DNA from: Octopus vulgaris
Lineage: Eukaryota
Length of the DNA stretch: 64,000 nt
Assembly (NCBI GenBank): GCA_951406725.2
Contig: OX597824.1
Coordinates: forward strand, 26,846,001-26,910,000
Direction of reading: 5' to 3'
In this document: in pieces, positions 1-14,457 of the stretch
Layout of the letters: each line of letters opens with the position of its first letter
Numbering within the stretch: position 1 is the first letter of the stretch
Translations under genes and position numbers: made by a program
The notes under the pieces: model-generated
Seen by the model: the letters and a program-made list of their open reading frames with translations, nothing else
Database searches by the model: none
What the model was told of the DNA's origin: nothing

Positions 1-415
1 CACACAAATATACACATATATATATATATGTAGATATGTATGTATATATGTATGTATGTACATATATATGCATATGAATACATACATATGTTTGTGTGTG
101 TGCTTGTATATATTTTTATGTGAGTATATATATTTATACAGATGAATGTATGTATGTATATATGATGTATTTGTATATATATATGTGTGTGTGTGTGTAT
201 GTATATATATATATACAGATATATACATGTATATACACACACGTAGTCACACATATAAATACATAAAGATATGCGTGTATTTATGTGTATGCTTATCATA
301 TCATATATATATATTATATATATGCTTATATATATGTAAACATTTGAGTATATATACTTACCAGAACACTCTTTTACACAATTACATACTCCGTATGTGA
401 GTGTATGTGTGTATA

Positions 416-476
<61 letters not shown>

Positions 477-591
477 ATGCATATTGTGTGTGTGTGTATA
501 ATATATACATAGACAGATACATATGCATACACACATACACTCACATACTCACACACACGCACGCGCGCACACACACATACATTTATATAAG

Positions 592-624
<33 letters not shown>

Positions 625-860
625 ATGTGTGTGTATGTGTGTACGTGTGTATACACTCAGATGTCACGGTTCATAGTTGCATCTATATTAAAATCAGAAG
701 ACAAAAGTTGGCAAAACTTGTCAATCAAACATGGACTGTATTTTTGGTGTTTCCTATGTGTATATATATATATGTGAATATCCATATCATATAAACATAT
801 ACTTTCATGTGTGAGTGTGTGTATAAGTATATATGTATATATGTATATACACGCACATAT
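1..860. repeat. Compound (TA)n/(TG)n microsatellite field
   Basis: Alternating purine-pyrimidine runs visible directly; YIYI/CVCV ORFs are artefacts. Representative of dozens of such tracts across the window. Confidence 0.97.
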
Positions 861-969
861 ATGGCCTTTGTTGCCAGTTGAATCCTTACGTAAGCAACTG
901 TTGTTATTTGTATTTTATATGTGGATTAGATAAAAATATGAAGATAAAACTAGTGATATACGGAAAGAA

Positions 970-1490
<521 letters not shown>

Positions 1491-1609
1491 CTCAATATGA
1501 AAAAATTTCATTCATGGCTATCGCATGTTAGATAATGTAATCTGAGACTTTAGCTAAAATACGCTTCCTCGTTAAAAAAGAAACAAAATATTGTCTCAGT
1601 TATGTCTGT

Positions 1610-1730
1610 GTGTGACAAGGGGTTTCTTCGCAACCACATGATTTCGGGTTCAGGTGTTTTCTAATATAGCCAAAGCCGATCAAAGCTTTGTGAGGTGATA
1701 TTGTGGGCGGAAACTGGAAGAAGCCCGTAG

Positions 1731-1762
<32 letters not shown>

Positions 1763-1967
1763 CATACATACATACATACATACATACGTACGTACATACA
1801 TACATACATGCATGCATACATACGTACGTACGTACATACATACATACATACATACATACATACATACTTACGTACATGCATAGATCCATAGATCCATACA
1901 TCCATCCATCCATACAAACATACATAAACACACATACGCACACACACATATGTATATGCATATATAT

Positions 1968-2034
<67 letters not shown>

Positions 2035-2370
2035 TACACACACACATATACGTGTATGTGTATTTACATATATATATATATACATGATTTACATACATAT
2101 GCATGTATGTGTGTGCACGTGTATGTACATGTGTACGTATATATATATATATGTGTGTGTATTTGTGTGTGTGTGTTTGTGACTGTCCACCATTTGACAA
2201 TCTTTATTGGTTTAAGTCCATGTAACTTAGTGGTTCGTCATAAGTGACCGATGGAATAATTACCAGCCTTAACAAGTAAGTCCTGAGGGCGACTCATTCA
2301 ACTAAAATCCCTCAAGCTGGTGCCCCAGCACTGCAGCAATCTATTGACCAAAGCGAGTAGAAGAGAGATA
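1610..2370 (+). mobile_element. SINE family B (CORE-like, internal microsatellite), degenerate copy with expanded (TACA)n/(TA)n
   Basis: Head 'caaccacatgatttcgggttcag' and 'ggaaactggaagaagccc', then microsatellite, then a 3' half 'taacttagtggttcg...ggtgccccagca' matching the full copy at 49630-50095. Confidence 0.75.
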
Positions 2371-2534
2371 CAAAAAGAGAAAAGGAAATATTTAGCTGCT
2401 ATTTCTAGTCCATCAAGCAGTATTTCGAGGCTCCCTTCGTTGGGGCGTACAATCTTATTACGTTGTTGTTTAACCATATGTGATACCTTCTACATGATAA
2501 AAATTATTCTAAGCCGTTACAATCATGAAATTTA

Positions 2535-2910
2535 CAAGAAGCTTGCTTCTGAACGACTCGGTTCCGATTTCAGTCCCACTGTGTTGCTTCTTGGGTAAAA
2601 TGCCTTCTACTTTAGCCTCGGGCAGACTAAAGCCGCCTGAGTCGATTTGGTAGAGGAAAACTGAAAGAAGCCTGTCGATAATAAAAAAATTGTGTGCGTG
2701 TGTGTGTCTTTGTGTCTGTATTTGTCCCTTATCACTGCTTGATAACTGGTTTTGGTTTGTTTATGTCCCTGTAACTTAGCGGTTCGGCAAAAGTATCCGA
2801 TAGAGTAAATACTGGCTTTAAAAAAAATTACTGGAGTCGATTCCTCCGACAAAAAAATTCTTCAAGATGGTGCCCCAGCATGGTCGCAGTCTAATGACAA
2901 CCAAGTAAGA
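2535..2910 (+). mobile_element. SINE family B
   Basis: 'cagtcccactg...cttgggtaaaatgccttctactttagcctcggg...ctgaaagaagcctgtcg' plus a 3' half homologous to 49630-50095. Confidence 0.85.
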
Positions 2911-3197
2911 GATACAAGATGAAACAGATCTACAAGTGGGCGATTATTTGGAATGGTTACTGCGCGTCGGACAAAATGCTTTGCGGCATTTCTTCCGGTT
3001 ATTCACGTTCTGAGTTGAAATAACACTGAGGTTGACCTTGCCTTTCATCCTTCGCTGATCTTTAATATCTGTACCTTATCAGTATTTGGGCCAATGTAAT
3101 CAGTTTTTCCCTCCCCTCAGAATTATTGGCCTTATTTCAGGATCACAAAGAATTTTTTACTCTGAATGCTGTAGCCATTCTTAGACTATATATGATG

Positions 3198-3280
<83 letters not shown>

Positions 3281-3299
3281 GTATATATATATATGTATG

Positions 3300-3332
<33 letters not shown>

Positions 3333-4707
3333 GTATATATATATGTATATATATATATGTATATATATGTATATATATGTATATATATATATGTATATAT
3401 ATATGTGTGTGTATATATATATATGTATATACATATATACATACATACATATATGTGTATATATATATGTATATACATATATACATACATATATATATAT
3501 GTATATATGTATATATATACATATATACATACACACGAAGTCACACATATAAATATATATAGATATATGTGTATTTGTGTGTATGCGGGCCTTATGTCAG
3601 AATTACAAAGAATTTTTTTCTCTAAATGCTGTAACCATTATTAGACTACATTATCGAATATGTCCCTTAGTTTTCTATGGTGTCACAGTCTGAATTCAGA
3701 GAAAATTCGCTGGTATTTCTAGCATACAGAGCGACTCATGTACAGACATGCTGGTCCGTTGGTTCGTTGGCTGGTGAGAAGCGAAACGCAACATATTTAG
3801 CTGTGTGATGACGGCAATAAATATAGTAAGTGTTCTCAGATAACAGAGATATGAGTCTGATTATGAAGACATTGGTCTCATTCTTAGAAGCACACACACA
3901 CATCACACACATACATACTCCCACATGCAGACACTCGTATACGCGTACGCACACAGGCAGTGACACACAACACAAACACTGGTGTACGCACACGCAGAAA
4001 TATACATGTGCTATTAGGCACATACTCGCAGACATGTTCGTTTACACATTATCGCTTACGGAAGCTTGTACGCATGTTTAAAATTTACCCACAGCCTCTT
4101 GCGTACAGTGAGATATGCACACTTGAAGGATCTTATGTATACAGACACATATATACACGGGTATATACATATACATAGTATACACTCATAAATATGTACA
4201 TACATACATACATACATACATACATACATACATACATACATACATACATACATACATACGTAACATCACATACATCTGTAGGAAGCAACATTCATATAGA
4301 AAACCTATACAGAAACGGACATGAAAACACATAATCTTGTACACTCACACACAAACACACACACACATACAAAAATCCACACAAACACACTCAAATACAC
4401 ACACAAATACATAAGAGAACATACACATGTACAGACATATACACACACATCAGGTCAGCATAGAGACGTTAACTTTAGTACATTCATTCAGACATCGTAC
4501 GTCTTCCAGTGACTGTAACGCACATAAAAGCATACAGAACATACACCACACTCACAAAGACCATAGTCACAATACATACAACACCCACATAGATCATAAG
4601 CCAAACGCATCGTGTGTGTGAAAGCATTGCTACTGTCCTCATTTCATACTCATACACAGAGAAAAATAGTTATACGCACACCGATATCGTCACATTAATA
4701 TACATAC

Positions 4708-4784
<77 letters not shown>

Positions 4785-4818
4785 TATATATATACGTATA
4801 TATATATATATATATATA

Positions 4819-5250
4819 TATTGGTGAATTGAAGAAATGGAGCTGAACGAAGATTGAACAGAAATCGTTTTATTTCATTCTACACGTGGAGCCTAGTTCG
4901 ATTTGTTTTGCTCCGCCTCTGTTCTGTTTTTGTTTTTTCCAACGGATTTCCTATTTCTTCCTGAAGAGAAAGACACAATATGGTCTCATTATTCAATCGG
5001 ATTTTGGTAAATTGTGCCTTTCGAAACACGTGTAGAATGAAATAAAACGATTTCTGTTCAATCTTCGTTCAGCTCCATTTCTTCAATTCACCAATAATAT
5101 TTTAATTTCAATTATCCGCACCAACGCACGGTTGCAACACCATATGGTTGTACCTCCAACCGTACTGTCTTCTGCTGTGATTTTTGCTACCAAGGTATCG
5201 GTTAAACTTTTGATTAATCTGCTACAAGATTATTCATCTTTCTTTTTCAC

Positions 5251-5252
<2 letters not shown>
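4819..5252 (+). mobile_element. Non-autonomous PLE-derived/retrozyme-like element with a 70-bp perfect inverted repeat, inserted in (TA)n
   Basis: Arms 4819-4888 and 5027-5096 are exact reverse complements; hammerhead inside; (TA)n on both sides. Confidence 0.8.
4952..5044 (+). ncRNA. Minimal type-I hammerhead ribozyme, intact core
   Basis: CTGAAGA 4961-67; stem II GAAAGACACAAT/ATTGTGCCTTTC (11/12 bp); GAAAC-ACGT-GTA 5023-34; stem I TATTTC-TTC/GAA-t-GAAATA. Predicted cut after 5034. Confidence 0.88.
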
Positions 5253-5316
<64 letters not shown>

Positions 5317-5903
5317 GAAGCACTATTAAGTGACCTTTTTAGACGCACCAATATGCAAACACACATTTTCACGCACTTATACTCATTCACATACACACAG
5401 AGACACGTACATCACATACATATGTACATGCGCACATAGTCATTCATACACATATAAGATAAATATTAAAGCATACGCGTTTTGGGAGATATGATTAATA
5501 CATACACACAGACGCAGACACGAACACACACATGCACGCACACACACATACTCACACACACAGATACGCAAGCACGCATGCACGCACGCCAGCACCCCCC
5601 CCACCCACACACACACACAGACATACGCACTTAACTGGTTTTCCATTTGATCCTCAAAAGTGCATGGAATGTGGAGCTGTGTCGCAAGTTCTGTTTTTTC
5701 TACCTGTTGGAAAAGTAGTTTGTTTCATAGAAAGAATGTGACTCGGATCGCTATCAGTTAACGATGGTCACGTGATGACGTAAGAGGATTTTCGGTCAGT
5801 TTTCTGCTACGTTCATGTGTTAAAGTCACGTGACAAACGCACGAGATGTTCATGATAAGCTCTCTTGTCCAGTGACTATGTTATATTAGCATTCATAGCA
5901 TAA

Positions 5904-6135
5904 AGGCGGCGAGCTGGCAGACACATTAGCACACCGGGCGAAATGCGTAGCCGTATTTCGTCTGCCGTTACGTTCTGAGTTCAAATTCCGCCGAGGTCGA
6001 CTTTGCCTTTCATCCTTTCGGGGTCGATAAATAAAAGTACCAGTTTCGCACTGGGGTCGATGTAATCGACTTAATCCCTTTGTCTGTCCTTGTTTGTCCC
6101 CTCTATGTTTAGCCCCTAGTGGGTAGTAAAGAAAT
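5904..6135 (+). mobile_element. SINE family A, full length with TSD
   Basis: 'ggcggcgagctggcaga...gagttcaaattcc' (B-box), 'gtcgactttgcctttcatcctttcggggtcgat' core, tail 'gtaaagaaata'; 17-bp TSD tatattagcattcatag at 5882-5898 and 6137-6153. Confidence 0.93.
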
Positions 6136-6384
6136 ATATATTAGCATTCATAGTAAAAGGCAAGTCTTATATTATTGACGAGTTTATAACATGTTCAGCC
6201 CTGTTTTGTATTTTCTAATAAACGAATTTTCCTTATTTATTCGTACTTGATTTATGGTATTTTCTGCATATTGTTGAAACAGGAAATTTATGAGATTCGG
6301 TTTTGTGCATGTGTTCAACTATTCACTGATTGGGATTTGTCAAGTAATGGAAACTCGTATTTGTTGACAATGTAAGTAAATATA

Positions 6385-6630
6385 TTTGTAAACACACCAA
6401 CACCGGTTGTCAAGTGGTGATGGGGACAAACACAGACATACAGACAGAAAACACTCACACACATATATACATATATATAGGACAAGCTTCTTTCAGTTTC
6501 CGCCTACCAAATCCACTCACAAGGCTTGGTCGGGCCGAGGTTATTATAGAAGACACTTGTCCAACGGACTGAACCCAGAACCACGTGGTTGGGAAACAAA
6601 CTTCTTACCGCATAGCCACTCCTGCGCCCA
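6385..6630 (-). mobile_element. SINE family B, 5' two-thirds
   Basis: Reverse complement of the family B head and core. Confidence 0.85.
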
Positions 6631-6740
6631 TTTATTACACTATTGTATGACTGAGCGCCCTCGCGTCGATTCGATTCGATTCGTTTCGTTTCGTTTCGTT
6701 TCGTTTCTTCTTCTCTAAGCAAGTTTATATATATATATAT

Positions 6741-7700
6741 AAAGCCAAGAAAGAGAGAAGAAATTTCAAAGGTCAGTTCTCCTATTCACTCAATATATTT
6801 CAAAGCATCGGAATGCTCCACACCATACATAGGTCCGCTCATATACATGTTACTGAGAAAGAAGGAACCGATTTTACTATGCAACAGCGACCGACTCAGT
6901 GGATTGTGATATGCTGATACGCGTCTGGGAGGAATTCTCTTATCGCACTGAAGTTGCCCGTGCTGCAGGTGGTGGTCACATTGAACACTTACAAGACAGG
7001 AAATAAACTTGTTTGTGAGTAAATTCTTGTACCTTAGCTGGAGTTTTCTATTGCTTTTACTTATTAAAATATTGCGTAATGAAATCGGTTCATTCTTTTT
7101 GAATAACCATGTATACATGATGTAATATAAAATATATAAATATATAAATAAATTTTAGAAAATTTTAGGAAAATTTTAGGGAAATAAAAATAAGAAATAA
7201 GTGGAAATTTTACCGGTGAGTGTGTTACATTATAAAGCACAAAAAGAAAATGACTCTCTCCAGACACAACAGAGCATGCTTCAACAAACGAACTCATATA
7301 AAGAATCTTGCAAACCAAATCCAAAAACCAAATATATAAATAAATAAATACATAAATGTACCCGCTAGTCTGTATGTCCGTAATAAAATAAATGAGGATA
7401 TTAAAATTCGCAGATGGTGAATTTATAGCGGTAATTTTATACCGACATTCTCATCTTTTTGGATTACAAATATACATTCACCATGTGCATATTTTAATAT
7501 CCTCATTGATTTTAATACGGACACATAACCTCGCGAGTACATTTATGTATTTATATATTTATATATTCATATATTTTTATATTACATCATGTATATATTA
7601 GTGCACCTATGTATACTGTGGAGTTTTCCCAATGCTTTGAAATGTATTGAGTGAATATGAACACTGACCTTTGGAATTTGTTCTCTCTTTCTTGGCTTTA
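6741..7700. mobile_element. Nested fold-back composite of PLE-like terminal repeats
   Basis: Outer IR 6741-6822 / about 7617-7700; inner IR about 7330-7423 / 7476-7570; contains a decayed hammerhead and the shared 3' terminal module at 7150-7327. Confidence 0.65.
6943..7018 (+). ncRNA. Degenerate hammerhead ribozyme
   Basis: tcgca-CTGAAGT-TGCC...GACAG-GAAAT-AAACTT-GTT-tgtga; stem I is 5 bp; A9 is changed to T. Confidence 0.5.
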
Positions 7701-7922
7701 TATTCCTGACGCTGTATTAGAGCGCTAATTAGTTGTGTTGTATAAGGGGATAATTATCCTATTTTTTTCTTCATTATATATGTATATATATATATATATA
7801 TATAAATATAATATATATATATATATATATGTACATATATATATACATATATATATTTATACAGAGATAAATGTATATACACACACACACATATATATAT
7901 ACATATATACATACATAAATAC

Positions 7923-7985
<63 letters not shown>

Positions 7986-8494
7986 ATCAGTAAATGCATA
8001 TATACATCTACACACATATTCAGTGAGTGATGCAACTATACAAGTATTTATACGCACATTTCCATGATGTATATATATGTATATATATACAGCATATACA
8101 ACATGTACGTACGTCAGAAGTCCATGTATCTTAAATATATACAACTGTGCACAAAATCAAACGTACATACACACTCGTGTACACACCACACACTTATGTA
8201 AATATATCCCATAATTTTTACATATAACTGTCTACATAATTAGTAAAACGTTGTAAAAATAAATCTTTTCATCTCTAGATAATAATTAAACTAATGTTAG
8301 TGAAGCAATTGCAGTCGGCCAAGCTTAAAAATAATGGCGACTAAATGTCAGATATTTTCGGAAATAAGATTAAAAAAACTTGGACATTAAAAGATTAAAA
8401 GCGATTCTTTGAAATTTAAATGAATTACAATCATTTGAGAATTGAAGAAAATATATACTATTCTTGTTGTTTTATTATTATTATTATTATTATT

Positions 8495-8800
8495 CAGTAG
8501 TCTTATCTTAATCACGTGCTTTCAGTGCACTACAGAGCGCATCTCTGCATGCCTTGGGTGTGTGCTGTGGTTTGTTGTGATGCTCTTATTTTTATTGTAT
8601 TGAAAGTGTTTAACGTAGGATGTTTGCGGTGCCTAGTAGTGCTATTTTCTGTATGTTATATATACTTGTTAGACCTGGTGTTTTTGTTATGTATTTGACT
8701 GAATATCATACCTAATGGGCACAATATGACAGGAATTGTTTCTGTTTATAGATTCCACATTCGAGTTACCTCTGTTTCCAGGTCTTTGTATTTTGAAATT
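8495..8800 (-). mobile_element. R4/Dong-type (RLE) LINE 3' fragment abutting (TAA)n
   Basis: Minus translation SKYKDLETEVTRMWNL*TETIPVIL..LGM / KYITKTPGLTSIYNIQKIALLGTANILR resembles the R4-clade C-terminus; ends in (TAA)n at 8472-8494, the known Dong target. Confidence 0.82.
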
Positions 8801-9075
8801 GCTCCTAGCACGCTGGACGAAATGCCAGTTACGCACTGGGATCGATGTAATCGACTTAAAGCGTTTATCTGTCCATGTGTGTCTGTCCGCGTTTGTCCTC
8901 TCTATGTTTAGCTCCTTCGTCGGTCTTCGTGTACTTATTTAAAATTCCACCTAGGTAGACTTTGCCTTTCATTCTTCTTTCGGTATCGATGAAATAAGTA
9001 TCAGTCAAGTGCTGGGGTCGATGTCATCGATTAGTCCCCTTCCCCAATTTTTAGGCCTGGCCTATTATAGAAAAG

Positions 9076-9119
<44 letters not shown>

Positions 9120-9162
9120 ATACTTCTGTTTCGATACTCCAATGTACTAGCCACTAGGGACA

Positions 9163-9207
<45 letters not shown>

Positions 9208-9246
9208 CTATTCAATACTTCTGTTTCGATACTCCAATGTACTAGA

Positions 9247-9331
<85 letters not shown>

Positions 9332-9339
9332 GTGTTCTT

Positions 9340-9720
9340 TCACTCTTTTACTTGTTTCAGTCATTTGACTGTCGCTATGCTAGAGCACCGCCTTTAGTCG
9401 ATCAAATCGACCCCAGGACTTATTCTTTGTAAGCCTAGCACTTATTCTGTCGGTCTCTTTTACCGAACCGCTAAGTGACGGGAACGTACACACACCAGCA
9501 TCGGTTGTCAAGCGATGTTGGGGGACAAACACAGACACACAAACATATACACACGCATATATACATATATATACTACAGGCTTCTTTCAGTTCCCGTCTA
9601 CCAAATCCACTCACAAGGGTCTGATCGGCCCGAAGCTATAGTAGAAGACACTTGCCCAAGTTACCACGCAGTGGGACTGAACCCGGAACCATGTGGCTGG
9701 TAAGCAATCTACTTACCAGA
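9340..9720 (-). mobile_element. SINE family B
   Basis: Near-complete reverse complement of 49630-50095. Confidence 0.92.
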
Positions 9721-10352
9721 CCTTGGTATTTGTCTGGTACTTATTTTATTGACCCCGAAGGAATGATAGGTAAAGTTGATCTCAACAGAATTTGACCTCA
9801 GAACGTAAAGAGACGGAAAGAACTCGGCTAAAAATATTGTACGACGATTCTGCGCCTTGTATAATGATAAATAATTCTTTCTATTATCGCTACATGATCT
9901 GAAATTTTGCGAAAGGAATCTAGTCGGCTACAGAGACACGAGTAATTGATTGCTATTTTATTTTATTAACCTCGGAGCGATTGAGAGACCAAGCTAACCT
10001 CGACAGAATTTGAACTCAGAACGGAAAGAGCTGGAAGAAACGCCGCTAAGCATGACGTTCGACGTGCTTATTATTCTGTCAGTACGCTGCCTTCTTAGTA
10101 TCATATATTATCCCTCATTCTTTCAAAAGAATATTCTATCATAAACTAAATATTTAAAAAATTGCTTTGTAGAAACGCTTTGTGCTCTGTAAGGATTTTT
10201 TTTCATTTATACGTCCGAAAACGCGCACGTATGTATGAATACGATTGATTCACCTACTCAAATCGTTTTACGTGACTCTACTGACCCGCAAAATCGGAAA
10301 CGTCATGCTGACGTCATCTTGATAGTCTCTACTAATATTATTTTGATATAGT

Positions 10353-10747
10353 GGAGGTGCAATGGCCCAGTGGTTAGGGCAGCGGACTCGCGGTCATAGG
10401 ATCGCGGTTTCGATTCCCAGACCGGGCGTTGCGAGTGTTTATAGAGCGAAAATACCTAAAAAGCTCCACGAGGCTCCGGCAGGGGATGGTGGTGATCTCT
10501 GCTGTACTCTTTCACCACAACTTTCTCTCATTCTTACTTCCTGTTTCTGTTGTACCTGTATTTCAAGGGGCCGGCCTTGTCACTGTCTGTGTCACGCTGA
10601 ATATCCCCGAGAACTACGTTAAGGGTGCACGTGTCTGTGGAGTGCTCAGCCACTTACACGTTAATTTCACGAGCGGGCTGTTCCGTTGATTTGGATCAAT
10701 CGGAACCCTCGTCGTCGTAACCGACGGAGTGCTTCCATTCCATTCCA
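10353..10747 (+). mobile_element. SINE family C, tRNA-Arg(TCG)-derived head, full length
   Basis: A-box 'tggcccagtgg', anticodon-like 'ggacTCGcggtc', B-box 'ggtttcgattccc', (TTCCA)3 tail, TSD tattttgatat at 10339-49 and 10748-58; near-identical copy at 20426. Confidence 0.92.
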
Positions 10748-10764
10748 TATTTTGATATGCAGTT

Positions 10765-11820
10765 AAAGCGGCTAGCTGGCAGACTTGTCAGCACGCTGGA
10801 TAAAATGCTTAGTGATATGTTGCCAGTCGATAAATTAAGTACCAGTTAAGCACTGGGGGTCAATGTAATCGACTTAATCCGTTCGTCTGTCCTTGTTTGT
10901 CCCCTCTATGTATAGCCCCTTGTGGGCAATAAAGAAATAAGAATCGTTAGCACGCCGGGTGAAATGCTCAGCGATATTTCGTCAGTCACTGCGATCTGAG
11001 TTCAAATTCCGCCGAGGTCGACTTTACCTGTCAGCCCTTCAGGGTTGATAAATTAAGTACCAACTGAGTACTGGGGGTCTATATAATCAACGCACCCCTT
11101 TCCTTCAAATTTCAGGCTTTGTGCCTATAATAGAAAGGATTATTATGGTATGCGGTTAAGGCAGCGAGCCGGCAGAATCGTTAGCACGCCGGGCGAAATG
11201 CTTAGCGGTATTTCGTCTGCCGTTACGTCGTGAGTTCAAATTCCGCTGAGGTCGACTTTGGCTTTTATCCTTTCGGGGTCGATTAAATAAATGAAATAAG
11301 TACCAGTTACGCACTGGGGTCGATATAATCGACTTAATACCTATGTCTGTCATTGTTTGTCCTCTCTGTTTAGCCCCTTGTGGGTAATAATGAAATAGGT
11401 ATTTCGTCTGCTGCCACGTTCTGAGTTCAAACTCCGCCGAGGTCGACATTGCTTTTTATCTTTCGGGTTCGATTAAATAAATTAAATAAGTACCAGTTAC
11501 GCACTGGAGTCGATATAATCGACTTAATCCGTTTGTCTATCCTTGTTTGTCCTCTCTGTGTTTAGCCCCTATTGGGTAGTAAAGAAATAGGTATTTCGTC
11601 TGCCGCTACGTTCTGAGTTCAAACTCCGCCGAAGTCGACTTTGCCTTTCATCCTTTCGGGGTCGATTAAATAAGTACCTGTTACACACTGGGGTCGATAT
11701 AATCGAATTAATACGTTTGTCTGTCCTTGTTTGTTCCCTCTATGTTTAGCCCCTTGTGGGTAGTAAAACAAATAAGAATCGTTAGCATGTCGAGCAAAAA
11801 GCTTCGCGGTAATTCATTCA
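10765..11820 (+). mobile_element. Tandem array of SINE family A units
   Basis: About five head-to-tail units of roughly 190-230 bp with recurrent junctions at about 10940, 11398, 11590 and 11775. Confidence 0.92.
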
Positions 11821-11959
11821 TATCTATTATTCTTATTTTTCTCTCGAATGCTTGTACTTATAGAGCCGTCAACCCGGTTTCCATTGTATATAAATGACCG
11901 TAATCCCAACACTCACGGGATGCTGGTCAAGATTAGAGTTCAAAGCCAGCATTTTTTCA

Positions 11960-12368
11960 GGAGACGTCGATTACAGCAACCCCAGTAATTGACTGGTAAT
12001 TCATTTTATCGATCCTGAAGAAATGAAAGGCAAGGCTGACCTCGGTTGTATTTGAACTCAGAACGTAAATAGCCGAAACAAAATGTCGCTAAGCATTTTG
12101 TCCGACGCGGTAATGACTCGGCCAGCTCCCTGCATCCTTAGTATTATATATTTCTTTATTACCCACATGGGGCTAAACATAGAGGGGACAAACAAGGACA
12201 GACAAAGGGATTAAGTCGACTACATCGACCCCAGTGTGTAACTGGTACTTAATTTATTGACCCCGAAAGGATGAAAGGCAAAGTCGACCTCGGCGGAATT
12301 TGAACTCGGAACGTAACGACAGACGAATTTTGCCCGGCGTGCTAACGTTTCTACCAGCTCGCTGCCTT
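11960..12368 (-). mobile_element. Two SINE family A copies (one old, one young)
   Basis: Reverse complement of family A. Confidence 0.88.
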
Positions 12369-12410
12369 GTTATTATTATATATTAGTATTATATATTGTT
12401 CGTACTCTAC

Positions 12411-12614
12411 CTTTTTTGTTTTGTCATCTTTTCTAATACCCAACAACGAAGCCTTTTACAATATTTAAGCATCTTTCGAACTTCAATTCCGTTTCCTTGA
12501 CATATAAGTATGGAAACATCTGTAAAACATATCTTTGTCGATTTATAAGATTTCAACGTTGACTCCTTGGTGACGGCAAATGTTTTGTTGTGACGTGACA
12601 CAGACACAGAAAAT
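12411..12614 (-). CDS. Candidate internal exon of an unidentified host gene (204 nt, phase 2/2, one open frame)
   Basis: Acceptor ttcctatcctccaacAG|, donor AAG|gtagag; unique non-repeat sequence; the only open frame is FSVSVSRHNK...MLKYCKRLRCWVLEKMTKQK. No recognisable domain; could be partly 5' UTR. Confidence 0.4.
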
Positions 12615-13019
12615 CTGTTGGAGGATAGGAAATAAAATTGATCCTTTGCTTCCTTTTTTTTAAAATTTTTAATGTTTCTGTAAGAAATAGGTGGACTATT
12701 AAGTTGCGAAATAGAGTAAGGAAAGGAACCTAAAATCGAGATCGTTTTAAATAGGGGCTGGAAGAAAACCGTCAGGAAAGGGTTATCAGCTACAGCAGTA
12801 AAGATACAAGTGACAGAGAGAAATCATTAATGTATGATGGGCCAAATGGCTTGCCAATTATCTTTCAATCAACACGTTATCAACGTTTCCAAGGGCATGG
12901 GCTGATCCCTTCTCACAATTGCAGATTCTATTTGTTATCTCCGGTATTTCCCTCCTAAATCTCCACGGGCTCTCACATATATAACACAAAAATCTGTTAG
13001 TTCATAGGAGGAGGCGTTA

Positions 13020-13132
13020 TTATTATTACCACCATCATCGTCGTCGTCGCCGCCATCATCATCATCATCATCGTCATCATCACCACCACCACCACCACCA
13101 CCACCACCACCACCACCATCACCACCACCACC

Positions 13133-13195
<63 letters not shown>

Positions 13196-13210
13196 TCCAT
13201 CGTCATCATT
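13020..13210. repeat. (CAT)n/(CAC)n trinucleotide repeat
   Basis: Direct reading. Confidence 0.95.
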
Positions 13211-13350
13211 CTGTCGTACTGCTTCCATCTTCCTTTATTTATTTTCATGCTTACTTCTTTCGGTATGTATCTCTTAATCTCAAACCTCTCCTTCTCGTTA
13301 CTCATATACAACGCACAATCTCTCTCTGTCATACACTCATATATATATAC

Positions 13351-13393
<43 letters not shown>

Positions 13394-13874
13394 GAGAGAG
13401 ACACACACACACACACACACGCGCGCGCGCGCAGACACGCACACATGTTTTATATATCAGCAGTACTCTTCACTCTTTCTAGATCCATACCTGTTCCTTC
13501 GGACAGCTTTCTCAGGAAAGATAAAAACTCACCAGTTGCTGTCAGCAGAGATACGCCTTCACTTCTAAGTTATATCACTATTGCCATTTATATGTGAATG
13601 TATTTCTATATGTGTGTGTGCGTGTGTATATGTGTGTGTATGTGTGTGTGGCCATTTTCTCCGTTGCTTCATATAGCTTATTTACTTGTATTTACGTGTT
13701 TTTGCTATTGTTATTGACGTCGTTCCTATTTGTATATTGTTTGACCATATACACATGCGTATTTATGCATTTATATATATATGTATATAAACGCAGATCT
13801 ACATATACACATAAACTGATAAGCATATTCGCACGCGTATATATACACACATACATACATATATATATATATAC

Positions 13875-13992
<118 letters not shown>

Positions 13993-14094
13993 GTATATAA
14001 ATTAAAGAACCACCATGAAGCAATTCAACAATGATATACTTAAACCATATGATATAGAAAAAAATTCAAGATACGATAAAAAAAAAATAAATAA

Positions 14095-14280
14095 ATGCGC
14101 TCTTTTAAATCCTAGCCAGACTCATAGGTCCGGTTTCCCGGTTTCTGTGGCGTATGTGTTCCCCAGGTGGACAGGACGCCAGTCCATCGCAGCGTTACTC
14201 ATTTTTGCCAGCTGAGTGGACTAGAGCAACGTGAAATGAAGTGTTTTACTCAAGAACACAACGCGTCGCCCGGTCCAGGA
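14095..14280 (-). mobile_element. CORE-like SINE fragment (family D-related)
   Basis: Minus strand 'gttgtgttcttgagtaaaacacttcatttcacgttgctc' matches the family D core at about 20920-20960. Confidence 0.7.
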
Positions 14281-14416
14281 TACGGTAAAACATTTACCTA
14301 AAACTAAATAAAATACTAAATAATAAATAAATAGTATACAATTAGTAAATAGACTACACGCACGCACACACACACACACACACACACCCACACACACACA
14401 CACTCACATATATATA

Positions 14417-14454
<38 letters not shown>

Positions 14455-14457
<3 letters not shown>

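Noticed and set aside
9115-9245. 36-bp direct repeat separated by (TTA)n
   Set aside because: Simple local slippage duplication with only two copies.
10353-10425. tRNA-Arg gene
   Set aside because: The tRNA-like head continues into a SINE body with TSD and multiple copies, and there is no proper acceptor stem.
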